Shown piece by piece: positions 38,901 through 54,175 of a stretch of 64,000 bases of DNA. The stretch is from Eledone cirrhosa (lineage: Eukaryota). Position numbers and translations under genes: made by a program. The stretch spans positions 38,068,001 through 38,132,000 of the forward strand of contig OZ024752.1 of assembly GCA_964016885.1 (NCBI GenBank). Direction: 5' to 3'. Within the stretch, counting starts at the first letter, position 1. Each line of letters begins with the position of its first letter. The notes beneath the pieces are model-generated. The model did no database searches, was not told the origin of the DNA, and saw nothing but the letters and a program-made list of their open reading frames with translations.

Positions 38901-40102
38901 ACCTGGCATTTGGAAGGTCAACCATCCATAGCAATCATGCCTAAATGGAATGTATGAGCAAAACAAAATCGTCTGATCAGCCAACCAAACATAAACCATT
39001 TTAAACTAAAACATATGAGCATGACATAATCGTTTGACCTGATCTGAGTTGTCTAGCCTCAGTGTGACAACCTGTCTACCCAATGCAAGCATGCAAAATA
39101 GACATAAAACAGTAGAGGAGGTGGTGGTGATGGTGGTGGTGGAGGTGATGGTGATAGTGGCGGTAGTGGTGATAGTGATGTTGATGGTGGTAGTGGCGGT
39201 AGTGATGGTGATGGTGGTAGTGGCGGTAGTGATGGTGATGGTGGTGGTGGTGATGTTAGTAGTGGTGATGGTAGTGGTGGTGGTGGTAGTGGTTTTGGAG
39301 AATTGAACTTACAACCTCACGATTGTAAGCCCGACGCTCTAACCGCTAAGCCATGCGCCTTCAAGGGGGGCTATGTTGAAAAATAAACCTCATTTAGTCA
39401 CATTCCATGAGAGTATCTTGGTCAGCCTATGAACTTTTTTTAGCTGACCCCCTGACCCTTGCATGTAAGTGGTAGAGTATTTAGGTGGCAAACCAAACAC
39501 AACCACCATTATACATTGGATGCCTTTAGCACACATTACTCTGGACAACACTTATAACAAACCCATCCTATCCCGGACACACACACAACATTGTTTTCTG
39601 TAAATACTGACCTTTAGATGATCTGGTTGGGTATCACCTGTCTTATTATTTCTAATGTGGTGGATTGGCAGTATCGGTAGAGAGTCGGACGCCATGCTTT
39701 CCAGCATAGTTACGTCCCTTTGCGGTCTGAGTTCAAATCCCGCTGAGGTTAACTTTGCCTTTCATCCTTACAGGGGTCGATAAAATAAAGTACCAGTAAT
39801 GTACTGGGGTAATTGCTGGCCTTGCGCCCAAAATAGAAACAATTATTTCTAATGTGGTAAGGGGCCTATAAAAACTACTGGTAGAAGGTGAACAGAGAAA
39901 ACCTAACCACCAGGTAACAAAACAACAAAAGACCCCCAACCAGCATGTCAATGAGGGAGTTTTTTATGTGGTCCATTGACCTACATTAAATAACAACCAT
40001 ATCTCCCTCAAGTCATGCCTGAATGACTTTAGAAGAAGACAATCACTTTTTGAAAATGGAGTTCAGGTTTTGTTCCTCCTCCCATGGATTTCCTATTAAG
40101 AA

Positions 40103-41146
40103 ATGTGTATGTTTTTGTGTGCGTGCGTGTGTGGGTGCCTGTGTGTGTATGTTTATGTGTGCGTGTATGTGTGTGTGTGTGTGCTTGTGTGTGTATGTTT
40201 ACATTTGTGAGAGTGTGCGTGTGTGTGCCTGTGTCTGCGTGTGTATGTTTATTTGTATATGTGTGTGTGTGTATGTTTATGTGCGTGTGTGTGTGCCTGT
40301 GTCTGTATATGTGTTTATGTGCGTGTATGTGTGTGTGCCTGTGTCTGGGTGTGTATGTTTATATGTATATGTGCGTGTGTGTGTGTGTGCCTGTGTGTGT
40401 ATGTTTACATTTGTGAGAGTGTGTGTGTGTGTGTGCCTGTGTCTGGGTGTGTATGTTTATATGTATATGTGTGTGTGTGTGTGTGTATGTTTGTGTGTGT
40501 ATGTGTGTGTGTGGGGGGGGGTTGTGTCTGTATGTGGATGTGTATGTTTATATGTTTGCGTGTGTGTATGTTTATATTTGTGTGTGTGCCTGTGTCTGGG
40601 TGTGTATGTTTATATGTGTGTGTGTGTGTGTATGTTTATGTGTGTATGTGTGTGGGGGGGCTGTGTCTGTATGTGGATGTGTATGTTTATATGTTTGCGT
40701 GTGTGTATGTTTATATTTGTGTGTGTGCCTGTGTCTGGGTGTGTATGTTTATATGTATATGTGTGTGTGTGTGTGTATGTTTATGTGTGTATGTGTGTGT
40801 ATGTGTGAGGGGGGCTGTGTCTGTATGTGGATGTGTATGTTTATATGTTTGCGTGTGTGTATGTTTATATTTGTGTGTGTGCCTGTGTCTGGGTGTGTAT
40901 GTTTATATGTATATGTGTGTGTGTGTGTATGTTTACGTGTGTATGTGTGAGGGGGGGGGCTGTGTCTGTATGTGGATGTGTATGTTTATATGTTTGCGTG
41001 TGTGTATGTTTATATTTGTGTGTGTGCCTGTGTCTGGGTGTGTATGTTTATATGTATATGTGTGTGTGTATGTTTGTGTCGATATTTGTTTGTGTGTGTG
41101 TATGTTTATATTTGTGTGTGTGTGTTTGTATTTGTGTGTGTGTGTG
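40103..41146. repeat. Degenerate (TG)n field with longer repeated blocks
   Basis: Recurrent GTGCCTGTGTCTGGGTGTGTATGTTTATATG. Confidence 0.93.
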
Positions 41147-41345
41147 GTTTTACTTAAATGAAGATTGTAACTTACATTAATGAGTGTTAAAAAAAGAAGT
41201 TTAGTTATTTTAAAAAATTTATTACTATCAAAATTAAAGAAAATAAAAAACAAAGATTTAAAATTAAAACATTCTTTGTATATTAACTTAGTTAATTAGT
41301 AAGGCTGAAAAAACGAATTAATTAATGTAATAGAACTTCAATATA

Positions 41346-42369
41346 TTAATCCTTTCATTACCCTATTTCTAATGAAAAACACTGCCTAAGTCATTAACCC
41401 TTTCATTACCATATTTCTAATGAAAGACACTGCCTATGTCATTAACCCTTTCATTACCATATTTTTAATGAAAGACTGCCTATGTCATTAACCCTTTCAT
41501 TACCATATTTCTAAAGAAAGACACTGCCTATGTCGTTAACCCTTTCATTACCATATTTCTAAAGAAAGACACTGCCTATGTCATTAACCCTTTCATTACC
41601 ATATTTCTAAAGAAAGACACTACCTATGTCATTAACCCTTTCATTTCCATATTTCTAATGAAAGACACTGCCTATGTCATTAACCCTTTCATTACCATAT
41701 TTCTAATGAAAGACATATTCTGTCATTAACCCTTTCATTACCATATTTCTAAAGAAAGACACTGCCTATGTCGTTAACCCTTTCATTACCATATTTCTAA
41801 AGAAAGACACTGCCTATGTCATTAACCCTTTCATTACCATATTTCTAAAGAAAGACACTACCTAAGTCATTAACCCTTTCATTACCATATTTCTAAAGAA
41901 AGACACTACCTATGTCATTAACCCTTTCATTTCCATATTTCTAATGAAAGACACTGCCTATGTCATTAACCCTTTCATAACCATATTTCTAATGAAAGAC
42001 ACTGTCTATGTCATTAACCCTTTCATGACCATATTTCTAATGAAAGACACTGCCTATGTCATTAACCCTTTCATTACTATATTTCTAATGAAAGACATAT
42101 TCTGTCATTAACCCTTTCATTACCATATTTCTAATGTAAGACATTGCTTATAATTTTCAAATCATTTTGAAAATAATCAAGAATTTAGAAGGATTTAGAA
42201 ATATAAGTAATTTTCCCAATAGTAAGCTGGTGTTTGGAACATAACTTAACAAAGATTCTTATATAAAATTATGATAGTTTTTTTTAGCTTAATATAAACA
42301 TGTTAAAACAAACAGTTCTGTATCATAAAACCAGGAACAGTTTCAGGGGGTTTGGTATAAAGAAGTTAA
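41346..42369 (+). repeat. 48-bp MITE-end satellite (~17 units, to ~42150) followed by MITE body
   Basis: Same unit as 20924-22146; body ends GGTATAAAGAAGTTAA. Confidence 0.9.
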
Positions 42370-43235
42370 ATGGAGAAGATTAGGATATTGTGATGAGGTA
42401 AATATGAAAAATGAAATAACATTTTGGTTTTACTCATTATTTCATTAGTTTAAATATGTTAGTATGTATATGGTGTGTGTATAAATATGTTAGTATATGT
42501 TAAGAAGTGCACTAGCAGCTGAAGTTTACAATAAAGTTATATCTGTATAATTATAGATTATGTAACCGAACTGAGACTGCAACAATGTGCATATATACAC
42601 ATATCTAATATGTAGACATGTAAACATGCCAGAAAATACGAATTTCTCTGTGTATTGAAATAACCTTCTCCAGTGGCAACCTAGTGAATTTGGCTGATGA
42701 GACCCAGGTTTCACTGCTCATGAGACCAAAGGAGGCAAACAGTCAAAGTATCAACTGCTCTCTGATAGGTTTATGGATTGAGCCAGTGGCTGTGGAGGCT
42801 TCCAATATTCTAGAACCCCTGGACCACATCCCTGCTTTTTGCTATCAGGATGGAGTTGGCTACCAATCATCATCATCATTGTTTAATGTCCATCTTCCAT
42901 GCTAGCATGGGTAGGATGGACTGTCCCTTTGAGAGGGATCAGGTCGGGGGACTGTGATTCACTCACACAGAACTGATTTTGGCTTTGTTTCTATGGCTGG
43001 ATGCCCTTCCTAATGCCAACCACATTTACAACATGGACTGGGTGCTTTTTGCCATATCGCCTACACAACCACTTTAGAGCGTGGGCTGGGAGCTTTTTAT
43101 CGTGACATCTACACGACCACTATACAGTGTGGACTGGGTGCTTTTTGGAGTGACACCTACACGACCACTTTACAGAGTGGACTGGGTGCTTTTTGACGTG
43201 ACACCTACACAACCACTTTACAGTCCACACAAGTG

Positions 43236-43370
43236 GAATTGGCTACCCGCAAGTGTGGGCCCCATGCGGTAGAGTGGTTGTTCCAGCACATTTCCCTCAC
43301 CATCCTCTGGAGCAATATCTTCCTCATCCTGTCTGCCAGGGACGATGGGACCACGAGGCAGACTGACCCT
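43236..43370 (+). pseudogene. CRE-like RLE 3' fragment
   Basis: CGPHAVEWLFQHISLTILWSNIFLILSAR; similar to 9740-9850. Confidence 0.7.
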
Positions 43371-44114
43371 TTTTGTATTGATAGATTTGAATACTCTGCT
43401 ATTTATAACCCCCCTCCCTTCCCACTCTATCCAATTATGTCTCATGCAGAAAATTATAATCTCATGAACAGTAACTCATCTTAAACATTAATGCATTTTT
43501 CTTTAGGAGTTAAATAAAATTTGTTTTTACATGTTTTTAAATCTTAAAATCATAAAAACTAAATAAACAACAGTTAAATAAACATTTGACAGCTTTTTTA
43601 TTGGCAAACTGTCATTAACAGTAAAACGAAAATTATATACTAGATATATATCATACACTTAGTCACTTTTGTCATTTTTAAAGCTACGTGTGTATGTGTG
43701 TGTGTATATATATATATATATACACACACACACCTACATGTATATATATACTATTATACATACATACATACACATATTATGCAGCAAATATCATCATTTA
43801 TTCTGTTGATTAACATCAGCAAATGATGAAGCCAAGAGCTAGCAATCATTGGTAGACATCTTGAAATACTAGATTAGTTCCTAAAGAACGGGAGGCCAGC
43901 TGTTGTTCAGGCCATGTGTAGAGTAAAAATAAAATTACAACGTTCGATAGGATGAATGTGGTAATGCCATATATATATATATATAAATATATGGAAATGG
44001 CCATGCTCAGTGTGTAGGAAAGGCGTAGGTAGAAACTCCATTTTATGTCCCAATGCAAAGTATGGGTGCATAAAAGATGTAGTGGGATCATAGGTAAGCT
44101 AACTAAGAACATAG

Positions 44115-45175
44115 ATTTTTACATGTGGCCGGTGCTCTGGTGCAATAAGTAGCAGCAAGTGCCCACAAAATACTAGCTCTTTCAATTGCGCAGAGGGTTC
44201 TATAGAAATAGTGGACAGCTTCCGTTACCTGGGCGACAAAATCAGCAGTGGGGGAGGGTGCTCTGAAAGTACAGTAGCTAGAGTCAGAACTGGATGGAAA
44301 AAGTTCAGAGAGCTTATACCACTATTAGCCGCTAAAGGGTTCTCCCTAAGAATGAAAGGCAGGTTGTATGATGCCTGCATACGAACAGCAATGTTGCATG
44401 GCAGTGAGACCTGGGCATTGTGTGCAGAAGATATACGCAGACTAGAGAGGAACGAAGCTTGCATGCTCCGCTGGATGTGTAACAGTAATATACGTGAACG
44501 GCAAAGCATAAGTGAACTAAGGAAAAAATTAGAAATAAGATTGTTGTCTACTCGAGAGAAGGCTACGTTGGTATGGTCACGTGATGCGCATGAAAGATGA
44601 CAGCTGTATAACAAAGTGCAGGGCAATAAAGATAGACGGTAGCTACGGAGTAGGCAGACCCAGAAAAACCTGGGACGAGCTGATAAATTCTGACCTCACA
44701 CACTTACACCTCTCGAAGACAATGTCACTGGACCGAGACCTTTGGCGGTACTCAGTAATAGAGAAGACCCGCCTTACCTGAAATACAAAGTAAAACCTAC
44801 TACAGTCAGTAGGCATCTCTAACAAAACACACCCCCGTCCCACCACCCCCACCACATCCACACCGCCCCTTCAATGTAAAGTTATGTTGGTACCACAACA
44901 TCCAGGCCGAAACAAATGAGATCGTGTAGGTGTCACGACAAAAAACACACAGTTCACGCTGTAATGTGGCCATGTAGGCAACACGGTAAAAACCTCCCAG
45001 CCCCACACTGTAAATGTGGTTGGTGTTAGGAAGGGCATCCAGCTGTAGAAAACCCGCCAGACAGTCCTATGCGAGCAAGATAAATCACTCTTGCCTCAAG
45101 TGGCGAAAACCCCCGTCCAAACCCATGCAAGCGTGGAACATGGACGTTAAACGTTGATGATGATGATGATGATAT
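44115..45175 (+). mobile_element. RTE LINE 3' portion (ORF end plus ~400-bp 3' UTR and (GAT)n tail)
   Basis: VDSFRYLGD..GWKKFREL..MLHGSETW..MLRWMC..WYGHVMRM..GRPRKTW..DRDLWR. Confidence 0.92.
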
Positions 45176-45211
45176 ATATAATTAGAAAGTGAACAACACA
45201 AAATATAACTA

Positions 45212-45279
45212 CTCCATTACCAAAGGTTTCTGGACCCCAGGCAATAATAACATACATCTGGATCGGTCGTCAGACAGAG
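45212..45279 (-). ncRNA. Minimal type I hammerhead ribozyme
   Basis: CTCTGT-CTGACGA-ccGATCCAG..CTGgGGTCca-GAA-ACC ttt GGT-A-ATGGAG. Confidence 0.65.
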
Positions 45280-45707
45280 ATTTTTCTAATTAAATAACTC
45301 TATTCCAGACATAGAGCACTCTTTTTTCCTTTGCTTTTCCTTCGGAATTACCTTACCCCCCCCCCCCCCCCCCCACTCTCAAGAGCATGAAACTAATAAA
45401 CCTTTGTTTGTACTACCTCTCTGTTTTTGTTCCCGTTCCAGTTTTCACTATATATATATATATATCATATTTCAATCATATCTCATTTTGTTTGACCCGT
45501 TTTAGCTTGTTCGCTTTTTTGGCTATGGTGGTTAATGGCTTCTTAACCATCGTCTCAGCGTGTATAACCATTTTAACTTGTGTTTATAGCTCTGGTATCT
45601 TCTTCAGCTCCATGGAGCGCTTGTCAGCACAATATGGAAGTTGCGTTTCACAAATTTCTACCCGCCGAAATGCGATTCTCACTAAATTATATTTGTGTGT
45701 GTGTATG

Positions 45708-46976
<1,269 letters not shown>

Positions 46977-47789
46977 ATATATGTATATATATATATATGT
47001 GTGTGTGTGTGTATTCATGAAACTGTAAGAATCTCAGCACAATGGGGGTTCGGAGCTGTAAACAGTCGATTGCCATGTGCGTAGCAAAAAGTTGGGTTAA
47101 AATATAACCACATATTGAGAGGGAGAGGATGGAAGACAGAAGAGAATCATATATATATAAAGTTTTGTCCATCCCATGCCAACTTGAAGAAAATGGATGT
47201 TAAAATGATGATGATGATCATCATCATACAGAATACACATATATGGCATAACAATAATAAATAAAACTGTTAGAGTTTTGACAATTTTTCCCTTCAGTTT
47301 TCCCTTCCTGACAAATTCTACGTTTTGTAGTCCATGGCATGAACATATCAATATTATATATCTCCTTTTCAAAGTTTTTTCTGTCCATTGTAATACTGTC
47401 CTTATCATATACAGATTGTCTGGGACCATTGTGTAATTGGTAATAAGAACTTGAATAATCGTTGAATGTGTTTGGATATTGAATTCGTTTAATCCTTTTG
47501 GAACTAAATCCCCCCAAACCACCTTTTGTTCTAAGATACAAAATTGTTTGTTTTAAAAAGTTAATATTTATTAAAGAGATGGTGAATTTGAAGAGTCATT
47601 AGAACAGCAGATAGAATGTTTTGCGGTATTCGTTTTGGCTCTCTGCTCTCTGAGCTCAAATCCTATCGAGGTCAACTTTGCCTTTCATCCATTTGTGGTT
47701 GATAAAAAAAAGTACTAGTCTAGTACTGGGGTTGATTCTTCCTCTATATATCCTTCTCATTTCAATTCTTTCACTTTTTCTATCCTTCA

Positions 47790-48120
47790 CTGGAAGAAAT
47801 CTGTTGTATTCAAACCTGGAGAAGAGATAGGCTTCACCAGGTTTTAAAAAAAATGCCCTAGAAATGTCAATACGGTGCTGCCCCTATGACTCCCTCAGAA
47901 GTGAAAGGACCATACATACTTTTATCTAAATGCCTTCCATCATAATTTCCTGTAAGAATCTTTATTAAAATATATTTCAAATACCATCTTGGGTATTGAA
48001 GGAGTTCATTATATTATATAACATATTACAAAGTCCTTACAAATTCTTGATTATTTTCAAAATGATTTTGAAAATAGTAGGCAGTGTCTTTCAGAAGAAA
48101 TATGGTAACAAAAGCGTTAA
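47790..48120 (-). mobile_element. Unamplified monomer of the TTAA-MITE that seeds the 48-bp satellite
   Basis: Reverse complement begins TTAACGCTTTTGTTACCATATTTCTTCTGAAAGACACTGCCTA and continues TTTTCAAAATCATTTTGAAAATAATCAAGAATTT as at 42155-42187. Confidence 0.7.
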
Positions 48121-48929
48121 TGTAAAACCACTTTCAGAAATTCCTATTCAAGAGAATTAATTTAAATTTTAATGGCAGCCACCACAAGGAATTATCATAA
48201 GAGATAATCATAAAAAGAAACTACATTTTATAAATCAATATATTTCACTGATTATGTGTGAGACAACTGTTAAGCTTGCACTAATTTATCATTATTACCT
48301 AGCCAATAGTTATTGATTTTTAACTTGATACTAAATGCCTAATTAGACATTTGAAAAAGGTACTTCAATTTGTGGCTTTGTTAAAAAGTTAAAAAAATCA
48401 ATTTACTCTGAAAACTTTATTTCATGCATCTTAGCTTGGATTAACAGCTTTTCTACCAACCGCTCTTTTTCATTGATCTATAGAAACATTTAAAGAGTTT
48501 GGTGTTTAATCAATGACATAGATACATGTCAGTTATTTTATTTCGAATTTTACCGTTTGCTCTCCTTTCAAAGAGATCAAAACAGAAAAAACAAAGAAGA
48601 GTTTATTCAGATTTTATCCAGATTTTAAAACAAAGATGTAAAAATTTCTCAAACCAATTGAAACAGAACCTATTGAATCAACGTTTTGTTTTATCTATTG
48701 TCTCCCCCCACCCTCCCCCACCCTCACCCTCTCATAATTTACTCATCGGGTCATTAATTCACTAATTGATTTATTCATTGGATATGATTTGTTTTTAGTC
48801 GGGTTATTTGTTAGCTAGAGTAATTGATTGATCAATAAGTTTGAATCCTCCCAACATCATAATTGGCTCAGTGAGAATTTGAGACAATGTTTCTGGGATT
48901 TGAATAATTAACAGAGCTTATATCATCAC

Positions 48930-48964
<35 letters not shown>

Positions 48965-49460
48965 CCACCACTACCATTTGGCCATGCCGTACCATATATT
49001 TACTTATTACTTAGACAGCTGTTCGAATCTATATTCAGCTAAACCAAGTGAATGAATGAATGAAGGACTTGATTAAATTACTATATATACTCAAATATAA
49101 GCCGGTCCAAATATAACTCGAGATATGGAGGTACATGGCTTAGTGGTTAGAGCATTGCGCTTGCAATCGAAAGGTTGTGAGTTCAATTCTCAGACCGGGT
49201 GATGTGTTGTTTCCTTGAGCAAGACACTTTATTTCACATTGCTCCAGTTTACTCAGCTGTAGAAATGAGATGATGGGGACTGACGTCCCAATCATTCCAC
49301 TGCAAAGTGGTCGTGGAGGTGCCACGACAAAAAAAAGCACCCAGCACTCACTGTAAATGAGGTTGGTGTTAGGAAGGGCATCCAGCTGTAGAAATCAAGC
49401 CAGAATCAGTTCCCGTCACACCCATACAAGCAGGGAAAAAGAGGACGTAAAATGAAATGA

Positions 49461-49518
<58 letters not shown>

Positions 49519-50523
49519 CATACAAAGGTAGATAGAGAGAAATGAAATGAATGATACCCTCCACATACAAGCACCTATTTTATGTCTGAGAAATGGGTAA
49601 AAATCCAAACCCCATTTATAAGCTGAGGCAGCTAATCAAGAAATTGTTTAGATTGCATATATAAACTGACATCTCCCGCCATGTTTTATCATCGATTTCA
49701 CAGCTCTAGTATCACTCCTTCATAGGCTGACCAAGATACTCTCATGGAATGACTAAATAAGGTTTATTTTTCAACATATAAAACAATGGAAAGAAACAAT
49801 GCAGTTATTAATAAGAAAAGTTGAAATTAAAGCATGCAAGATTTCACAGCTCTAGCGTCACTCCTTCATAGGCTAAAAAGTTCATAGGTTGACCAAGATA
49901 CTCTCATGAAATGACCAAATGAGGTTTATTTTTCAACAAAGTCTCTGGAAAGAAACAATGCAGTTATTAATAAGAAGAGTTGAAATTAATGCATGCAAGA
50001 TTTCACAGTTCTTGCATCACTCCTTCATAGTCAGCCTATGAACTTTCCAGCCCACCCTCATAGTAGTGGGTCACATCCAGCAATTGTACATTGGCAGTAT
50101 TAAAGGCATCAATATAGTTTTGGGTCATATTCCCAACGCAAGCCAGATTTGACCCAGTTTTCCATCTAAGTTATAATACATCAAAGATATTAGTTGAATG
50201 TTGGGTCACATTTCTAAAGTAATTTATAACAACATTTGGGAAAAGGGCAAATGGAAACTCATAAAAGAATTCAGAATATTTCCCCTGACATTGTATCTGT
50301 ATAGTCTTACAATTATATATGTTCATACATTTAATGTTTAGTAATAGATTTCATACAACTGCCTTCATAACTATTCAGAAACTCGGTTTTATATTAAACA
50401 TTTTTCTCATTCCTTCATATTCTCACTCTTTATCTTTCTATTTTATCTTTTATTTCTCATTCTATCTTCTAATGAATGACTAGTGAGCAAAGCATAATGG
50501 CTCTTTTCCTACTATATCAAACA

Positions 50524-51118
50524 TTAACCCTTTAGCATTCACATTACTCTATATATATACTATTATATTTTCATGGTAAAGGCTTTACCTCACATAATTA
50601 TCTCACATAACATTTACATGACTCTATATATACTATTATATTTTCATGGTAAAGGCTTTACCTCACATAATTATCTCACATAACATTCACATTACTCTAT
50701 ATATACTATTATATTTTCATGGTAAAGGCTTTACCTCACATAATTATCTCACATAACATTCACATTACTCTATATATACTATTATATTTTCATGGTAAAG
50801 GCTTTACCTCACATAATTATCTCACATAACATTCACATTACTCTATATATACTATTATATTTTCATGGTAAAGGCTTTACCTCACATAATTATCTCACAT
50901 AACATTCACATTACTCTATATATACTATTATATTTTCATGGTAAAGGCTTTACCTCACATAATTATCTCATATAATATCGAATCTATGTAATTTTGAAAG
51001 TATTTATTTTGAGAACAATACCTTAATGTCAGTTTAAGCAACCAGTTAGAGCCAGTTTCAACAGAAAGAGGTTGAGAATTCTGGCCGGTTTTGGCCAGTT
51101 TGTACATTAAAGGGTTAA
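50524..51118 (+). mobile_element. piggyBac-like MITE type 1 with 73-bp internal tandem (~6 units)
   Basis: TTAACCCTTTAGC ... AAAGGGTTAA; unit CATTCACATTACTCTATA...TTATCTCACATAA. Confidence 0.85.
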
Positions 51119-51690
51119 ACTAATATATTTCTTCATTGTACTACTGTGTTGTTTGAATTTACTTTTTGCATGTATATCATCATCATCGTTTAACGTCCGT
51201 CTTCCACGCTAGCATGGGTTGGATGGGTTCGTCCCACTTGAGGCAAAATTGGTCGGTGACCGTGTCTCGCTCGTATAGAACTGTTAGGCAGGTTTTCTAT
51301 GGCTGGATGCCCTTCCTAACGCCAACCACGTTTACTGTGTGGACTGGACTGGGAGCTTTTTACCATGTCTCCTACACGACCACATTACATTTTCATTTGA
51401 AGTTTTCCTATCTGTGATGAGCTCATTCCAGGTACCAATATCACCATGACCACCATCACCATCATCATCATCATCAGCATAATGATCATCATTATCGTGG
51501 TTTGGCAGTATAGGTAGAGGGTCGGAAAACATGCCTTGCAAGCACAGAGTTACGCCCCTTTCTGATCTGAGTTCAAATCCCGCCGAGGTTAACTTTGCCT
51601 TTCATCCTTACGGGGTCGGGGGTCTATAAAATAAAGTACCAGTAATGCACTGGGATAATTGCTGGCCTTGTGCCAAAAGTAGAAACAATT

Positions 51691-51741
<51 letters not shown>

Positions 51742-51997
51742 GTCGCCATTGTCATCATTAAACACCATCGTTGTCGTCGTCAGTGTCACCATCCTCCTCC
51801 TCCTCCCCCTTCTCCTCCTCCTCCTTCTTCTCCTCCTCCTTCTTCTCCTCCTCCTTCTTCTCCTCATCAATGTAATTATTTAATGTCCATTTCCCCTGCT
51901 AGCAAGGGTTGGACATGTTACCACAGACAAGTCAGTACTGAAGCAGATACTCTGACCTCCTCCAGGTGGGTCGGGAGGGAGGAGGTCCAACATATGA

Positions 51998-52716
51998 TCA
52001 AAGCCAGCAATTACCCCAGTGTATTACTGGTACTTTATTTCATCGACCCCCGTAAGGATGAAAGGCAAAGTTAACCTCGGTGGGATTTGAACTCAGAACC
52101 TAATGAGACGTAATGCCTCTACTGATGAGGCCATAATTGTTTCTATTTTTGGTACAAGGTCAACAATTACCCCAGTTCATTACTGGTACTTTATTTTATC
52201 GACCCCGTAAGCATGAAAGGCAAAGTTAATCTCGGCGGGATTTGCACTCAGACCGCAAAGGGCCGTAACTCTATGCTGGACAGCATGGCATCTGACCCTC
52301 TACTCTGCTAATCCGCCAGTGTCATATAATAATTGTTTCTATTTTTGGCACAACGCCAGCAATTATCCCAGTGTATTACTGGTACTTTATTCTATTGACC
52401 CTGTAAGGATGAAAGGCAAAGCTAACCTCAGCGGGATTTTAACTCATAACACAAAGGGCCGTAACTCTATGCTGCAAAGCATGGCATCCGACCCTCTACC
52501 GATACTGCCAATCCACCAGTGTTATATAATAATTGTTTTACTTTTGGCACAAGGCCAGCAATTATCCCAGTGTATTACTGGTACTTTATTTTATCGACCC
52601 CGTAAGGATGAAAGGCAAAGTTAACCTCGGCGGGATTTGAACTCAGAATGGCAAGGGCCGTAACTCTATGCGTCAAAGCATGGCGTCCGACCCTCTACCG
52701 ATACTGCCAATCCACC
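51998..52716 (-). mobile_element. Four head-to-tail SINE family B copies
   Basis: GATGAAAGGCAAAGTTAACCTCGG-like core recurs four times at ~180-bp spacing. Confidence 0.85.
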
Positions 52717-52837
52717 ATAATAATAAACTTATGTTGTTCTTAATATCCATTGTTGTCTCATTTGACTAAATAAATGGACACACAAAATAACAATACGAGT
52801 CATAAACATTGCTTTAATTAGAACAGAGCTATGTATT

Positions 52838-53034
52838 AGTGTTGTTGTTGTTGTTGTGGTGGTGTTGGTGTTGGTGGTGGTAGTGGTTGTGGTGGTGGTG
52901 GTGGGGATGGTGTTGGTGGTGGGGATGGTGTTGGTGTTGTTGTCGTTGGTTGTGGTGGGGATGGTGGTGGTGGTGGTGGTGGTGGTGTTGGTTGTGGTGG
53001 TGGTGGCGGGGTGGGCGGGGGGGACTGTTATTGG

Positions 53035-53066
<32 letters not shown>

Positions 53067-53315
53067 GGTGTTGTTGTTGTTGTTGTTGCTGTTGCTGTTG
53101 CTGTTGCTGTTGTTGGTGGTGGTGGGGATGGAGGGGTTGTTATCGGTTGTGGTGTTGTTGTTGTTGTTGGTGGTGATGGTGTTGTTGTTACTGTTGTTGT
53201 TGTTGGTGGTGGTGGGTGGTGGTGATGGTAGTGGTGGTGTTGTTGTTATAGTTACTTGTTTGTTGTGGTGGTGGTGTCAGTGTTGTTGTTATTGTTATTA
53301 GTGATGGTGATGGTG
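52838..53315. repeat. (GTG/GTT)n low-complexity tract
   Basis: Direct inspection. Confidence 0.9.
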
Positions 53316-53680
53316 GGACTTCACTTCTTCACTTCACTTCAAAAGGTAAATAATGTGTTTGGATTGCTGACATTGTAGCATGAGGAGGTCGTCAACACTG
53401 TGTGTCACCTCTTAAAGTTTTATTCTGGCATCCTAACTTTACTTAAGGAGTGTGTGTGAGAGAGAGAGAGTGAGAGAGAGAGAGAGAGAGAGAGCAAGAG
53501 AGATTACTCACACACATGCTTATATGTGTGCTGACATTATTATATATATATATATATATATAAATAAGTTGAAATAAAATGAAAACGAAATTTCATTTCT
53601 CACTCTTAGTAAGGCACTTACTTAAATGTAAGTATGTGTGTATACGTACATACATATATGTATACAGACGTACAGTAGCA

Positions 53681-53730
<50 letters not shown>

Positions 53731-53780
53731 AGTATGTGTGTATACGTACATACATATATGTATACAGACGTACAGTAGCA

Positions 53781-53834
<54 letters not shown>

Positions 53835-54118
53835 CAGGTACACATACATATATGCCCGTATCAGTTTAGCGGACGCTTATTATAACGCCGCTTTGTTCGT
53901 TTGTAAACAAACTGAGCCTGAATTTTTATGCCGTACGGTGTTAAGGCAACCACGTCACCTTTTTGTTCAACACTGACACAGGAACGATGTACTAGTTTCA
54001 AGCTTGTTAGCTATCACCAGCACCGTATACCCATCTGCCAGATAGTTGAACGTTCGAAAGTATATGCATGCTACTGTACGTCTGTATACATATATGTATG
54101 TACGTATACACACATACT

Positions 54119-54175
<57 letters not shown>

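Noticed and set aside
20900-42400. Haplotype duplication across the N gap explaining the twin 48-bp arrays
   Set aside because: Flanking sequences and unit variants differ on the two sides
42690-42730. CTGATGA as a hammerhead core (also ~12277, ~30502, ~52122)
   Set aside because: No stem II plus GAAA at a suitable distance
47224-47541. LYLRTKGGLG ORF as a gene
   Set aside because: At best a decayed non-LTR retrotransposon thumb-region fragment; too weak to call
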